Source: a virus
Length of the DNA: 60,524 nt
IMG/VR virus record: IMGVR_UViG_3300037511_000399
Reading direction: 5' to 3' (one strand)
This document shows positions 25,272 through 35,173 of the stretch, piece by piece. Each line of letters opens with the position of its first letter. Positions within the stretch are counted from its first letter, which is position 1. The notes beneath the pieces are model-generated. The model ran no database searches and was not told the DNA's origin. It saw nothing but the letters and a program-made list of their open reading frames with translations. A program made the translations under genes and the position numbers.

Positions 25272-27745
25272 ACCGCTTTGCCCTACTGCTCACGCTGCTG
25301 CTGCTCGGGTGCCACGTGAAAGAGATCACGGTCAGGCCGCTCGGCATCGTCACGCAGCCGAACAAGTACGGCTGGTATGACGCCGGTGCGCTCAGCGTCG
25401 CCCGCAACGTCATGCTGCGCGACCCTGGCGTGCTGTCGTCGGTGCCGGGGCTTCAGAACCTCCGCGCGAACGCTCTGGCCAACGGCTACACCGCGCGCCA
25501 GCTGTTCGCCGGCGACGCGTACCAGCTCGCGATCGGCGACGACGCCGGAACCTGGAACATGCGTTGGGTGAACGGCGCTGGCGCGACGGCGATCACCAGC
25601 CCCGCGGCGTTCGCGCACAGCTTCAGCACCGGAATCGCGCCGGTCGCTCGGCAGCGCGGGCGCACCATCGTCGGCAGCGCGAACGGGCCGCTGGTGCTCG
25701 ACAGCGAGACTGACACGACGGCAAGGCTCGCGGGGCTTGGGCGGCCGTACATCTATGGTGCGTTCGAGACCGCCACCGGCTGGCTGGCCACCGGCAAGCA
25801 GGTTGGCTACGTCGCGCGCATCCGCCGCGTGCACAGCGACGGCTACGAGACCAACGGGCCGTTCTCGGGACGGTACCTCACCGCGAACGACACGGGCGCG
25901 AGTGAGTACCTGCAGCTGCGCGTCGCGATCGAGAGCAACACGCAGGTTGCTGCCGGCGACATCGTCGAGCTCTACCGCACGCGCGTGCAGACGACGCCGG
26001 CCGAGGTTGGCGACACCTATCTCTTCGTCAAGGCGCAGACCGTCGCTGCGGCGGACGTTGCCAACAAGTACCTAGACATCACCGACGACATTGCGGAGAC
26101 GAGCCTCGGCGACGAGGCGTTGATCGCCCCCGGGCTAGATGGCCCACTCAAGAACCAGGACGCGCCGCCGCTCGCGCGCGACATCGTCGTGCACCAGGAC
26201 CACGTGTTCTATCTGGGCACCACGACGCCGGCGCTGCTCAACGAGTACGTGTCGGGCGCGATGAACAGCCAGGGCTCTGCGCTCACCGGCTCGCAGCGCG
26301 CCACCGGTATTGGTTGGCGAGCGTTCACGGGCACGGTGACGAACGGCAGCGCGACGATCACCGCGATCAGCGGAGCCGACATGGTCGGGCTCGCCGTCGG
26401 GCAGCACGTCTTTCAGGGCGCCAACATCGACGGCTACATTACGGTGGTCGGCGCGACGAGCGTCACGCTGAACAATGCGGCAACCGGCTCTGCGGCCGCG
26501 GCTGCGTGCACAGCAGTCGATCAGATCACAATCAACGGGCACCGGCTGCAGGTCTCGAGCTTTTGGGCGTTCTCCGCGGGCATCGGCGCGCCCGCCGCTT
26601 CTGGCAGCGGCATGGACGCGTTTGCGTTCGTCGCGGACAAGCAGCCGAGCGACAACTACGCGGTCACCGACGTCAGCGGCTTCAAGTTCGCGCTCGGTCG
26701 GCAGTTCGCCTACGAGGGCTCGTTCACCGTTCAGGCGAGCAATGGCAAGAACTACTATCCACCGATCGCCGACTACAGCGCGGCAGCGCAGACCGTCGCG
26801 CCGGATCAGCGACTGAACCGCGTGCACTGGGCCGAGGCCGACAAGCCGGAGGCCACGCCGATCAACAACAAGTTTCTCGTCGGCAACGGCGAGATCTACC
26901 GCGGCGTCAGCGTCGGCGGCGTCGTGCTCGTCTTCTGCAGTGACGGCCTCTGGGTGATCAGCGGCGATGCGAATGGTTGGATCGTCAACCAGAAAGACCC
27001 CACGCTGATCCTCGCCTCGCGCCTCTCGGTGTGCGTGATGGACGAGATTGCGTGGGCGTACACGAACCAGGGCCTGGTCGCGATCAGCGCGAGCGGCGAC
27101 GTCACGCCGATCTCGCGCGGCAAGATCGGTCAGGCCGAGTCGGCGGGCGAGTTCGCGGGCAGCAAGTACGCCGACACCTGGGACACGCGTTTGTGCTGCG
27201 ACGAAGCGCACCACGAAGTGCTCGTCACCACCAATGCCGGTGACGACTACTGGGTCTATAGCGGGCTGACCTCGAGCTTCTGCAAGCGACAGCTGCCCGA
27301 CGATGCAACCGCGATCACGTACTCGCGCGCGCTGACCTCTCTGCTCTACGGCACCGCGACGGCGGGAGGCCCATCGCTGCAGTACCACCTTGTCGACTCG
27401 AGCTCGACGCGGCTTGCGAATGCGTTGGTGAAGTTCCAGCCGCTCGTGGGTGGTGATCCGAGCGCGCAGAAGGATTGGCTCGACCTCGAGCTCGCGTTCG
27501 AGGGTGTCAGCTCGGCGTTGACGCTCGTGCCGCAGCACGGCGGCACGAACTATCTGCCGGTGACGGTGCCGGTCGACGCTGCGGAGTCGCGCGTGCGGCT
27601 GTCGGTGCCGAACAACGCGCCCGCGCAGGATCCGCGCCTGGTGTTCGGCTTCAGCTTCAGCGCCGGCGACACGGCGACGGCGTGGTCATTCCGCATGATG
27701 GCCGCGAGCTACGAGCCGGTGAGCCCGGAACCGAGGCCGCGATGA
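25268..27745 (+). CDS. tail-tubular-B / nozzle-like protein (synteny-based) with lipobox-like N-terminus
   Basis: In frame of ORF 25016..27745, ATGA-coupled ATG 25268, 825 aa. The N-terminus is MNRFALLLTLLLLGC. Confidence 0.45.
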   Translation: MNRFALLLTLLLLGCHVKEITVRPLGIVTQPNKYGWYDAGALSVARNVMLRDPGVLSSVPGLQNLRANALANGYTARQLFAGDAYQLAIGDDAGTWNMRWVNGAGATAITSPAAFAHSFSTGIAPVARQRGRTIVGSANGPLVLDSETDTTARLAGLGRPYIYGAFETATGWLATGKQVGYVARIRRVHSDGYETNGPFSGRYLTANDTGASEYLQLRVAIESNTQVAAGDIVELYRTRVQTTPAEVGDTYLFVKAQTVAAADVANKYLDITDDIAETSLGDEALIAPGLDGPLKNQDAPPLARDIVVHQDHVFYLGTTTPALLNEYVSGAMNSQGSALTGSQRATGIGWRAFTGTVTNGSATITAISGADMVGLAVGQHVFQGANIDGYITVVGATSVTLNNAATGSAAAAACTAVDQITINGHRLQVSSFWAFSAGIGAPAASGSGMDAFAFVADKQPSDNYAVTDVSGFKFALGRQFAYEGSFTVQASNGKNYYPPIADYSAAAQTVAPDQRLNRVHWAEADKPEATPINNKFLVGNGEIYRGVSVGGVVLVFCSDGLWVISGDANGWIVNQKDPTLILASRLSVCVMDEIAWAYTNQGLVAISASGDVTPISRGKIGQAESAGEFAGSKYADTWDTRLCCDEAHHEVLVTTNAGDDYWVYSGLTSSFCKRQLPDDATAITYSRALTSLLYGTATAGGPSLQYHLVDSSSTRLANALVKFQPLVGGDPSAQKDWLDLELAFEGVSSALTLVPQHGGTNYLPVTVPVDAAESRVRLSVPNNAPAQDPRLVFGFSFSAGDTATAWSFRMMAASYEPVSPEPRPR

Positions 27746-28074
27746 CCGCGCAGCGCCCACGCATCCGCGCGCTGACCTCGCGCGACCCTGAGATCAGCGA
27801 CTTCGCGCGCGATGTTCAGCGCGAGTTCGACTCGATCCCGCAGCTGCGGCTCGTGCAGTTCACCGACATCTACGCCGAGCCGCTGCGCGTCGCACTCGAT
27901 CGCGCGCCGGCGATGCTGCTGTGCAGCGTGCGCAAGGACAGCGCGCCCGAGGACGTCATCGGCGTCACGCAGTCGGTGTCGTTCAATGCGACGCCTACCG
28001 GCGTCTCGATTCCCTCGCTCGCGGGCCTGACGCTCGCGACGCGGTACCGGTTCACTTTCCTGGCGGTGGGCTAA
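27742..28074 (+). CDS. small virion-module protein (hypothetical)
   Basis: In frame of ORF 27475..28074, ATGA-coupled. Confidence 0.5.
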   Translation: MTAQRPRIRALTSRDPEISDFARDVQREFDSIPQLRLVQFTDIYAEPLRVALDRAPAMLLCSVRKDSAPEDVIGVTQSVSFNATPTGVSIPSLAGLTLATRYRFTFLAVG

Positions 28075-30633
28075 ATGGGCGCAGACCTTTTCGGACCCAG
28101 CCTTGCGCAGCTGCAGTCTCTCAGCGGCCCGGTCGAGACCTCGTCGGTGCAGGGCCTCGACGGCCAGGTCTACAACTACATCAAGGACTCGAGCACCGGC
28201 GATTGGATCGGTGTTCCGTTCGGCACTGATCCGCAGCTGTTCGCGCGCATGTCGCCCGAAGAACGGATCGTCGCCAGCATGCAGGGCGATGCGAAGCAGA
28301 CTCGCACGCAGAACCAGTCTGCGGCGCTCGCCGGCCTTGCCGATGCAGCGCAGGGGCAGAGCGCGGCAACCGAAACGGCGAACGCTGCCGAAAAGAAAGC
28401 GGTTGGAGGTCTATCGGGCGCGACCACTGCGGCCGCGGCAAACTCGGCCGATGCGCTGCAGCAGCTCAAGCAGGCTGGGCAGGCGGCGAGCTCCAACGAC
28501 CTGAACCTGTTCGGAGCGCAGCAGGGGCTGTACGGCGGCGCGACCGCCGCAGATCAGTCGGCGGTGCAGCAGCTCGGCACCGCGAATCAGAACGCCGACG
28601 CCTATCAGATGTCGCTGCTCGGCGGGCTGCTCGGCCAGGCCGATCAGTACAACGCAGCGGACAAGGCCGCTGCGGACTCGCTCGCCAATAAGGCCGGCGC
28701 GATGCCATGGCAGACCGCGGCTGCGTACGGCCCCGACCTGCAGAGCAGGGCGGGCGCGGCGACCGCGGACCCCGCGGCCATCGCTGCGCAGCGCACCGCT
28801 GCAGATCGGCTGCTCGGGCTCGGCTCCGGCGGTGGCGACCTGCAGAGCCAGGCCGCGCAGTCGCGCGCTGACGCCGGCGACGTCGCGATGCAGCATGATG
28901 CAGCTGCAGGACTCGGCAGCGCCGCGCGCGGCGGCCTGAACACGCAGAGCGCCTACGGCGGCGTGTACGCCGACCCCAACGCCGTCGCGATGCAGACCGA
29001 CGCTGCGCAGCGCTTGGGTCGCGTCGCCGGTGGCGAGCTCAACATCGACAGCGCGCTGGCGCGCAACTACGCCGACCCCAACGCGATCGCGATGCAGAAG
29101 GCGATCGGCAACCGGTACCTCGGGGTTGCCGGCGGCGACATGGATCTGCAGAGCGCGACCGCGGGCGTCAACGCCGACCCCAACGCGGTCGGGGCGCAGC
29201 AGTCGTTCCTCGATCGCTATCTCGCGAACAGCGATCCGAGCATGAGCGCGACCGAGCGTTTCATGATGGAGCAGGCGCGCCAGACCGAAGAGCAGGATCG
29301 GAAGGCGTACCTCGACGCGCGCCTACGAGACCTGCAGGCCCGCGGGATGCGCGGCAGCGGCGACGAGCTCGCCGCGATGCTCGGCGCAGCGTCGACCACG
29401 TCGCAGAACCGCATGATGCAGGATCTCGCCGCGATGGCGAGCGCCGAGCAGCGAGCGGAGCGCGCGCAGGCCGCGGGCACCGGGCTCGCAAGCAGCATGC
29501 GCGCCTCGAGCTTCGGCGAGGGCCTCGACAAGGCGAACGCCGCCGATCAGATGGCGCAGAGCAACCGCAGCACCTCGCTCGACGCGCTGGGGCAGGCGCT
29601 CGGGCTCGCCGGCGACCTGCGCAGCTCGAGCTTTACCGAGGGCGCGACGCGCGCGAACGCAGCCGACCAGACCGCCGCGGGTAACCGCGCCGCGCAGATG
29701 CAGGCGCTCGGCCAGTACGGTGACCAGGCCAACACGCTGCGCGGCGCGAGCTTCGCGGAAGGCGCCACGCGCGCCGGCGGCCTCGACGCGAACGCTGCGC
29801 GCAATCAGAGCACGCAGCTGTCGGCGCTCGGTCAGTACGGCGACGCGGCCAACACGCTGCGCAACAGCGGGTTTGCCGAGCAGATGGCCACGGGCACCGC
29901 CGCCGATCAGATGGCGCTCGGCAACCGCAGCACCTCGCTCGACGCGCTCGGGCAGTACGTCGACCTCGCTGGTCAGATGCGCAATCAGAGCTTCGGCGAG
30001 GCCTCGACCGCGGGCAGCGCGGCCGACGCGATGGATCAGTTCAACCGCTCCGGCTCGATCGCGCAGCAGAACTACAACACGCAGCTGCAGCAGCAGCAGA
30101 CCCAAGAGCTGTGGGACCGCTACGCGCAGGCGACCGGCGTGCAGCTCGGCGCGAACGACGCCGCGTATGGGCGGCTCGCTGGCGTCAACGCGAGCGGTCA
30201 GCAGGCGGCCAACGACGCCGCGGCGCGCGCGCAGACCACGTTCAACGCGCAGACCGGCGCGACCGATGCGGCGATGAAGCGCGGCACCGACCTCGCCCAG
30301 ACGGGCTACAACATCGATCAGAGCGCGTACGACCGCGCCAGCACGGGCGCGAACGCGCAGGCGGCCATGGGGCAGCAGAACGTGCAGAACGCGCAGAACC
30401 TCGCCACCACGCAGATCGCCACCGCCGGCGACGCGTATCAGCGAGAGCAGGATCGCCAGCAGACCGGCAAGGATTACGTCGGCCTCTACACCAACCAGGG
30501 CACGACGGGTCAGCAGTCGACCAACGACGCGAACAAGACACAGCTCGGGCTGCTCGAGAACCAGCAGGCACGCGAGGATCTCAAGGACGACAAGGGGCTG
30601 CTCGGCTTGGGCGGCATGCTGGGGTTCCTCTGA
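28075..30633 (+). CDS. repeat-rich internal-virion/ejection-like protein
   Basis: ORF-track 852 aa, Ala/Gln/Asn/Gly-rich. Carries ADPNA(V/I)AMQ modules and about five tandem ~32-aa SSF.EG...AADQ...NR....ALGQ units. Position matches T7-like internal core proteins. Confidence 0.5.
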   Translation: MGADLFGPSLAQLQSLSGPVETSSVQGLDGQVYNYIKDSSTGDWIGVPFGTDPQLFARMSPEERIVASMQGDAKQTRTQNQSAALAGLADAAQGQSAATETANAAEKKAVGGLSGATTAAAANSADALQQLKQAGQAASSNDLNLFGAQQGLYGGATAADQSAVQQLGTANQNADAYQMSLLGGLLGQADQYNAADKAAADSLANKAGAMPWQTAAAYGPDLQSRAGAATADPAAIAAQRTAADRLLGLGSGGGDLQSQAAQSRADAGDVAMQHDAAAGLGSAARGGLNTQSAYGGVYADPNAVAMQTDAAQRLGRVAGGELNIDSALARNYADPNAIAMQKAIGNRYLGVAGGDMDLQSATAGVNADPNAVGAQQSFLDRYLANSDPSMSATERFMMEQARQTEEQDRKAYLDARLRDLQARGMRGSGDELAAMLGAASTTSQNRMMQDLAAMASAEQRAERAQAAGTGLASSMRASSFGEGLDKANAADQMAQSNRSTSLDALGQALGLAGDLRSSSFTEGATRANAADQTAAGNRAAQMQALGQYGDQANTLRGASFAEGATRAGGLDANAARNQSTQLSALGQYGDAANTLRNSGFAEQMATGTAADQMALGNRSTSLDALGQYVDLAGQMRNQSFGEASTAGSAADAMDQFNRSGSIAQQNYNTQLQQQQTQELWDRYAQATGVQLGANDAAYGRLAGVNASGQQAANDAAARAQTTFNAQTGATDAAMKRGTDLAQTGYNIDQSAYDRASTGANAQAAMGQQNVQNAQNLATTQIATAGDAYQREQDRQQTGKDYVGLYTNQGTTGQQSTNDANKTQLGLLENQQAREDLKDDKGLLGLGGMLGFL

Positions 30634-32390
30634 TGCCGCCGTTCAACCCTTTCGCAGATCCGGACGAGGAAGAGCGCCAGCGCGAGCTGCTCGCGCAGCA
30701 GGCGTCGCCAGCGGCCGCGCCCTACGCGTCGCCCATCCCTCGAGGTGACGAGCCGTCGCTCGGCGCCGGCGCCGAGCCGTCGCCCATCGATCGAGCAATC
30801 AGCGACGCGTCGCCCGTCGACGAGCGACAGCTGCCGCCCGACCCGTCGCCGAAGGCCTCGGCGGACGATTCGCCGAGCTCGCCGCTCGAGCAGCTCGCGC
30901 AGCGCTACGCCAGCCAGGCCATGCAGAGCCCGCAGATGTCACGGCGCGCCGCGCCGCAGCTGCCCGACGTGCCGCTCGCGCCCGAGACGCCGACCTGGGC
31001 GCTGGTCGGCGGCGGGCTGCTCGATCTCGCGCTCAACAAGGGCCGCAACGCGCCGCGCTTCCTCCAAGCGATCGCGAACGGGGGCGACGCGACGCGTTAC
31101 GAGAACTACCGGCGCATGGCCGAGCGCGCGAAGACGCAGAGCGCGCTCGACAACGCCTACGCCGGCGGCGGCCGCTGGAATCAGGCCGTCGACCCCATGA
31201 CGATGGCGGCGCGCCTGCAGGGCCTCGCGCTGTCACAGAAGCGGCTCGGGCTCGCGGGCCAGCGCGAACAGCGCATCGATGAGCAGTGGACCGAGATGAA
31301 CGACCCGAACAGCGCGACCGCCAAGACGTACCGCGAAGCGGCGGTGCGCGGCGGCATCGATCCCAAGACGGTCGACGGGCTGTCGGCGACTGCGGTGCAG
31401 AAACTGTTCCCGACCGTCAACGACTACCTCAAGAACACGGGCGCCGTTGGTCAGGCACGCACTGATCGCGCTGCTGCAACCGCATCGGCGGTCAGCAACG
31501 CCACGCAGCCCAACAAGGAAAGGCTCGCGGGCATCAACGCGAACCTGCGCGACGCCGGCGCGCCCGAGGCCATGGGCGGCCCGATCGATTGGGAAGCCGA
31601 ACACGCCGCGTTCGCGCAGCACTTCCCCGATGGCGTCGTGCCGGTCGAATGGGAGCAGCGGTTCAGCGCGCTGCAGAAGGGTCCAGCCAAGCAGATCCCG
31701 ATGCGGCTCGAGCAGCTCTACAAGGACATGGGAGCCGGGCCACCGCGCGCGGGTGCACCCAAGACGGCGGGCGAGCAGTCCGACCTGGTCGCGCAGTTCG
31801 AGGCCGCAAACCCGGCGCTCGTCGTGGTGCAGCCTGAGACGTACACGCGGATCGCGAGCAACCCGCGGACGCAGACGGCCGTGCAGCAGCAGCTGTCGAC
31901 CGCAACGCGCGCGATCGATGCGAGCAATCGGCTGCAGCAGATCGTCGCCGAGTACGACCGGCTCAGCCCTGCCGACAAAGTGTCGGGCCCCGGCATCGCG
32001 CTGCGCGACGAGTACGACAAGCTGAAGGATGAGCACCAGGGCATCATCTTGAAGATCGCGGGCAGCGGCGGAACCGGTGCCGAGCGCGAGGAGATCAAGG
32101 CGGGCCTTCCCGAGCTGTCCTACCTGGGCGCGCCCAACCCGGTCGCGGGCGCGCGGCTCAAAGGCATCGCCCGCATGCTCCACCTCAACGTCGCCGCCAA
32201 CCTCGCGCCGTACGGCTTGGGCGTGCGCGGCGAGACCGAGGCGCGCCCGATCGCGAAGAAGAAGGCGCCATACAAGCCGACCGACGTCCCGGGCCGCATC
32301 AACTACCGCGGGCCGGTCGGCTCGAGCGGAGGCGGCGCAAAGCCGCTCAGCAAGGACGAGGAAAGCGCGCTCGATAAGGAGCTGTTCTAA
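30633..32390 (+). CDS. internal-virion-like protein
   Basis: In frame of ORF 30111..32390. ATG 30633 overlaps the upstream TGA. 585 aa. Confidence 0.45.
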   Translation: MPPFNPFADPDEEERQRELLAQQASPAAAPYASPIPRGDEPSLGAGAEPSPIDRAISDASPVDERQLPPDPSPKASADDSPSSPLEQLAQRYASQAMQSPQMSRRAAPQLPDVPLAPETPTWALVGGGLLDLALNKGRNAPRFLQAIANGGDATRYENYRRMAERAKTQSALDNAYAGGGRWNQAVDPMTMAARLQGLALSQKRLGLAGQREQRIDEQWTEMNDPNSATAKTYREAAVRGGIDPKTVDGLSATAVQKLFPTVNDYLKNTGAVGQARTDRAAATASAVSNATQPNKERLAGINANLRDAGAPEAMGGPIDWEAEHAAFAQHFPDGVVPVEWEQRFSALQKGPAKQIPMRLEQLYKDMGAGPPRAGAPKTAGEQSDLVAQFEAANPALVVVQPETYTRIASNPRTQTAVQQQLSTATRAIDASNRLQQIVAEYDRLSPADKVSGPGIALRDEYDKLKDEHQGIILKIAGSGGTGAEREEIKAGLPELSYLGAPNPVAGARLKGIARMLHLNVAANLAPYGLGVRGETEARPIAKKKAPYKPTDVPGRINYRGPVGSSGGGAKPLSKDEESALDKELF

Positions 32391-34792
32391 TGCCCGGCCC
32401 CGGTGACTGGTACGACGGCAACGGCGACCCGTTCGAGGCGCCGAAGTACCTGCGCGCGCGCGAAGCGCTCGAGCGCGGCGTCAGCCCCGAGATGCGCGCC
32501 AAGCTCGAGGATGCGATCGGCGAGTACGAGCTGATCCACACCCCGGCCGGACCGAACGGCGAGGACGTTCCCGATCCGCCGAGCCAGCGTGAAGGCGACA
32601 ACGAAGTGCAGGAGCCGCCCGGCCCCGAGGAGCCCGAGCCCGCTGCGCCGCCTGCAGCTGCGCCAGCGCCCGCGCCGAGCTCGCCGCGGCGCACGCCGAT
32701 GCAAACCTTCGTGTCGCGCCCGCGCGACGACTACGGCGGCGTGGGCGCGCTGTTCACCGGTGAGGCCGCGGCGCCGCAGCCCGCGCAGCGCGGTGACACG
32801 CCGTTCGCGATCGGCGCACGCAACCCGTTCAGTCTCGGCGACGATGCCGTAGGCGTCGGCGCGAAGCTCTCGCGCATGCTGCCGTCGTGGCTCGGCGGCA
32901 GCTCGGGCACGGTGCAGCAGAGCCAGCGCAGCTTCGTCGAGCCCGACGACGCGAGCCACGACGTCAGCGTTTACCCGGTCGCGAAGGCCGAGGAGCAGGC
33001 GAACCAGCGCTGGGCCGAGCGTACCGACCCAACGATGTACAACCTCGGCAAGGGCAGCGTTGAGACGCTCGCGACCGCGCCGCTGATGCTGACCGGCGCG
33101 GGCGAAGCTGCGGCGCTGGGCACACGCCTTGGCGTCGCCGGAGCTCAGCAGCTGGCTGCGCGAGCTGCGCCCAGCATCGCCGAGATCGCCGCGGGCGGCG
33201 GCCTGCAGGGCATGGCCAGCGGCGCGCTCGAGGCCGGTGGCGAGAGCGAGGCCCCGACCGCAAGCGGCGTGGCCAACGACATGGCGCGCGGCGGCGTGCG
33301 CGGTGGCGGTGCTGGCTTTGCAACGGCGGGACTGATGGGCGCTGCGCCGCGCGGCGCTGTCGCGGCTGTGCCACTCGGCATTGCTGGCGCGACTTACGGC
33401 GCCGTCGAGTCGGAGGATCCGAGCGTCGGCGGTCGGCTGCTCAACGCTGCCAAGTACGGCGTGGGCGCGGGCGTCGGCGGCTCCGCGCTGCTCGGGCTCG
33501 CCGCGCCCAACGTCTCGCGGAAGGCGCTCGAGGCGCTCGCTGACAGCGGTGCCGGCGCTGCGCCTGTCGGCGCGGGCCTGGTGCGCGATATCGGTAAGAA
33601 GGCTGCTCGACTGCGCGCAGGTGCAGCCGGCGGGTACGGAGCAGAGGTCGACAAGCTCGCGAAGGCAGCGGGCAAGCCGCCCGATGAAGTGATGGAGCAG
33701 CTCGGCAACAACGTCGAGCGCCTCAACATTCACAAGCGGCGCGGCCTGTTCAAGTTCCTGCCGAGCACGCCCGGTGTGTATGCGAAGAACGCCGAGCGAG
33801 TGGTCGAGCGTGTCGGTCCGGAGGTCGACGCGACGCTGCGCGAAGCTGGCGACCAGGGCGTCACGATTCCGCGCGAGGACATCACCAAGCCGCTGCGCGG
33901 CAAGGCGCGCGCGATCAGCGTCGACACCGACGAGGACGCGGCGAAGGTGCGCGCGTTCCGCAAGATGGCGAACCGCGTCGAGAACAAGGATCCGGAGCTG
34001 CTCTCGCCGCGTCGCGTGTTCGACCTGAAAAAGAAGTACGAGCGCGCCGGCGGATACCGCGGCGATCGCAACGCGCCGCTGAGTCTGCAGGCGAAGGCCG
34101 CAGCGAATCGCGAAGCGGCAGGCGTGCCGCGCGCAGCTCTCTACCAGGCGATGCGTGAGCAGGCCTACCGCGGCACGCCCGTCAACAAGCTCGGGCCCGG
34201 TGAGACCGGCACGCTGCAGCGCTTCGAAGGCGCGATGCAGGACTACGGTCCGGCCAACACCGTCAAGATCCTCGCGCACAAGCGCATGGCGCACGGCATG
34301 GGCAACAACCCGGTGCCGCTCAGCGCTTCGCACGGTGGCCTGACTGGCCTGCTGATCCACGGCGCGAACACGATGGGCCGCGACATCGGCGCCAACGCGC
34401 TGCGTGGCGTCGAGCAGATCGCACGCACCGCGCCGGTCGCACCGCCCCTGGCGTTTCCGGCGGCTGCAGGCGCGCTGCTCGGCACCGGCGCTGCTGCGCC
34501 GCCGCAGCGCCCGCAGGTACCGCCGCAAGCGCCTGCGCCTGCTCAGCAGCCGTCGCCCATGCCGTCGGCACCGCTGCGCAATTCGAACAACGCGGCGCCC
34601 CCAGACAACGGCTTGCACCTGCCCGAGAAGCTGCGTGAGGCGGTGCGGAGCAACCCGGGCGCGTTGGGCCCGCAGGCGTCGTCGCTGCAGAGCGCGTTCA
34701 GCACCGGCGACGAAGGCGAGATCGCCGCCGCGATCCAGAAGGCGATGGAGGATCCCGACTTCCGCACTCGCGTGCTGCCGTCGCTGCAGTAG
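32390..34792 (+). CDS. internal-virion-like protein with Gly/Ala-rich hydrophobic segments
   Basis: ORF-track 800 aa, TAATG overlap start. The central segment (GGGAGFATAGLMGAAP...VGAGVGGSALLGLAAP) resembles membrane-inserting ejection proteins. Confidence 0.45.
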   Translation: MPGPGDWYDGNGDPFEAPKYLRAREALERGVSPEMRAKLEDAIGEYELIHTPAGPNGEDVPDPPSQREGDNEVQEPPGPEEPEPAAPPAAAPAPAPSSPRRTPMQTFVSRPRDDYGGVGALFTGEAAAPQPAQRGDTPFAIGARNPFSLGDDAVGVGAKLSRMLPSWLGGSSGTVQQSQRSFVEPDDASHDVSVYPVAKAEEQANQRWAERTDPTMYNLGKGSVETLATAPLMLTGAGEAAALGTRLGVAGAQQLAARAAPSIAEIAAGGGLQGMASGALEAGGESEAPTASGVANDMARGGVRGGGAGFATAGLMGAAPRGAVAAVPLGIAGATYGAVESEDPSVGGRLLNAAKYGVGAGVGGSALLGLAAPNVSRKALEALADSGAGAAPVGAGLVRDIGKKAARLRAGAAGGYGAEVDKLAKAAGKPPDEVMEQLGNNVERLNIHKRRGLFKFLPSTPGVYAKNAERVVERVGPEVDATLREAGDQGVTIPREDITKPLRGKARAISVDTDEDAAKVRAFRKMANRVENKDPELLSPRRVFDLKKKYERAGGYRGDRNAPLSLQAKAAANREAAGVPRAALYQAMREQAYRGTPVNKLGPGETGTLQRFEGAMQDYGPANTVKILAHKRMAHGMGNNPVPLSASHGGLTGLLIHGANTMGRDIGANALRGVEQIARTAPVAPPLAFPAAAGALLGTGAAAPPQRPQVPPQAPAPAQQPSPMPSAPLRNSNNAAPPDNGLHLPEKLREAVRSNPGALGPQASSLQSAFSTGDEGEIAAAIQKAMEDPDFRTRVLPSLQ

Positions 34793-34803
34793 GCTCGCTG
34801 TCG

Positions 34804-34907
34804 GCGCCCGTCGTCTAACACTCCGGGATACCCAAGCCGGACGGCCGCAAGCCGTGGCAGGACACCGTCGGCAGGCGGGAATGGTGGTTCGAGTCCACCC
34901 GGGCGCT
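34804..34907 (+). ncRNA. atypical 104-nt tRNA-like element (canonical T-arm and 7-bp acceptor closure; anticodon unresolved)
   Basis: The 5' GCGCCCG pairs with the 3' CGGGCGC directly after the T-arm GGTGG-TTCGAGT-CCACC. The interior is about 28 nt too long for a standard cloverleaf. The only anticodon-like arm is ACGG-CCGCAAG-CCGT. Confidence 0.35.
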
Positions 34908-34922
34908 GCTTACGTTGCAACG

Positions 34923-34944
34923 CGTCGCTGCTCGAGCAGCGACG
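34923..34944. terminator. perfect 22-bp palindrome between convergent RNA genes (bidirectional terminator candidate)
   Basis: CGTCGCTGCTCGAGCAGCGACG is its own reverse complement. Confidence 0.5.
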
Positions 34945-34950
34945 GCTCGG

Positions 34951-35023
34951 CTCCGGGGGCAGGATTCGAACCTGCGATCTCTCGAGTAACAGTCGAGCGC
35001 AGTACCAGCTGTGCCACCCCGGA
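34951..35023 (-). tRNA. tRNA-Asn (anticodon GUU)
   Basis: The reverse complement folds by hand as follows. Acceptor TCCGGGG/CCCCGGA. Anticodon arm CTCGA-CTGTTAC-TCGAG. T-arm GCAGG-TTCGAAT-CCTGC. Discriminator G. 73 nt. The D-stem has one C-C mismatch. Confidence 0.85.
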
Positions 35024-35059
35024 ATGAGTGAGCAGGCGCGCCGGATCGCTCCGGTGCGC

Positions 35060-35173
35060 CTATCGATTCAGCTGCAGCTGCGACAGGTACGCCTTGCATA
35101 CGATGCAGCGCGAGGCCCCGAACGGAACCTGTGCACCGCATGCCTTGCAGCGTTTGCCCTTCACGAGCAGCAA
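35060..35173 (-). CDS. possible mini zinc-ribbon protein (CxxC-x9-CxxC), start uncertain
   Basis: Tail of ORF 35060..35317: ...KGKRCKACGAQVPFGASRCIVCKAYLSQLQLNR. Only TTG (35173) or GTG (35164) starts are available and no clear SD is present. Confidence 0.3.
   Translation of the reverse strand: MLLVKGKRCKACGAQVPFGASRCIVCKAYLSQLQLNR

Noticed and set aside
34804-34907. Selenocysteine or other class-II tRNA assignment for the long tRNA-like element.
   Set aside because: There is no UCA anticodon loop and no 8/5 or 9/4 acceptor/T-stem geometry. I could not draw a regular long variable arm, so I left it as an unresolved tRNA-like element.
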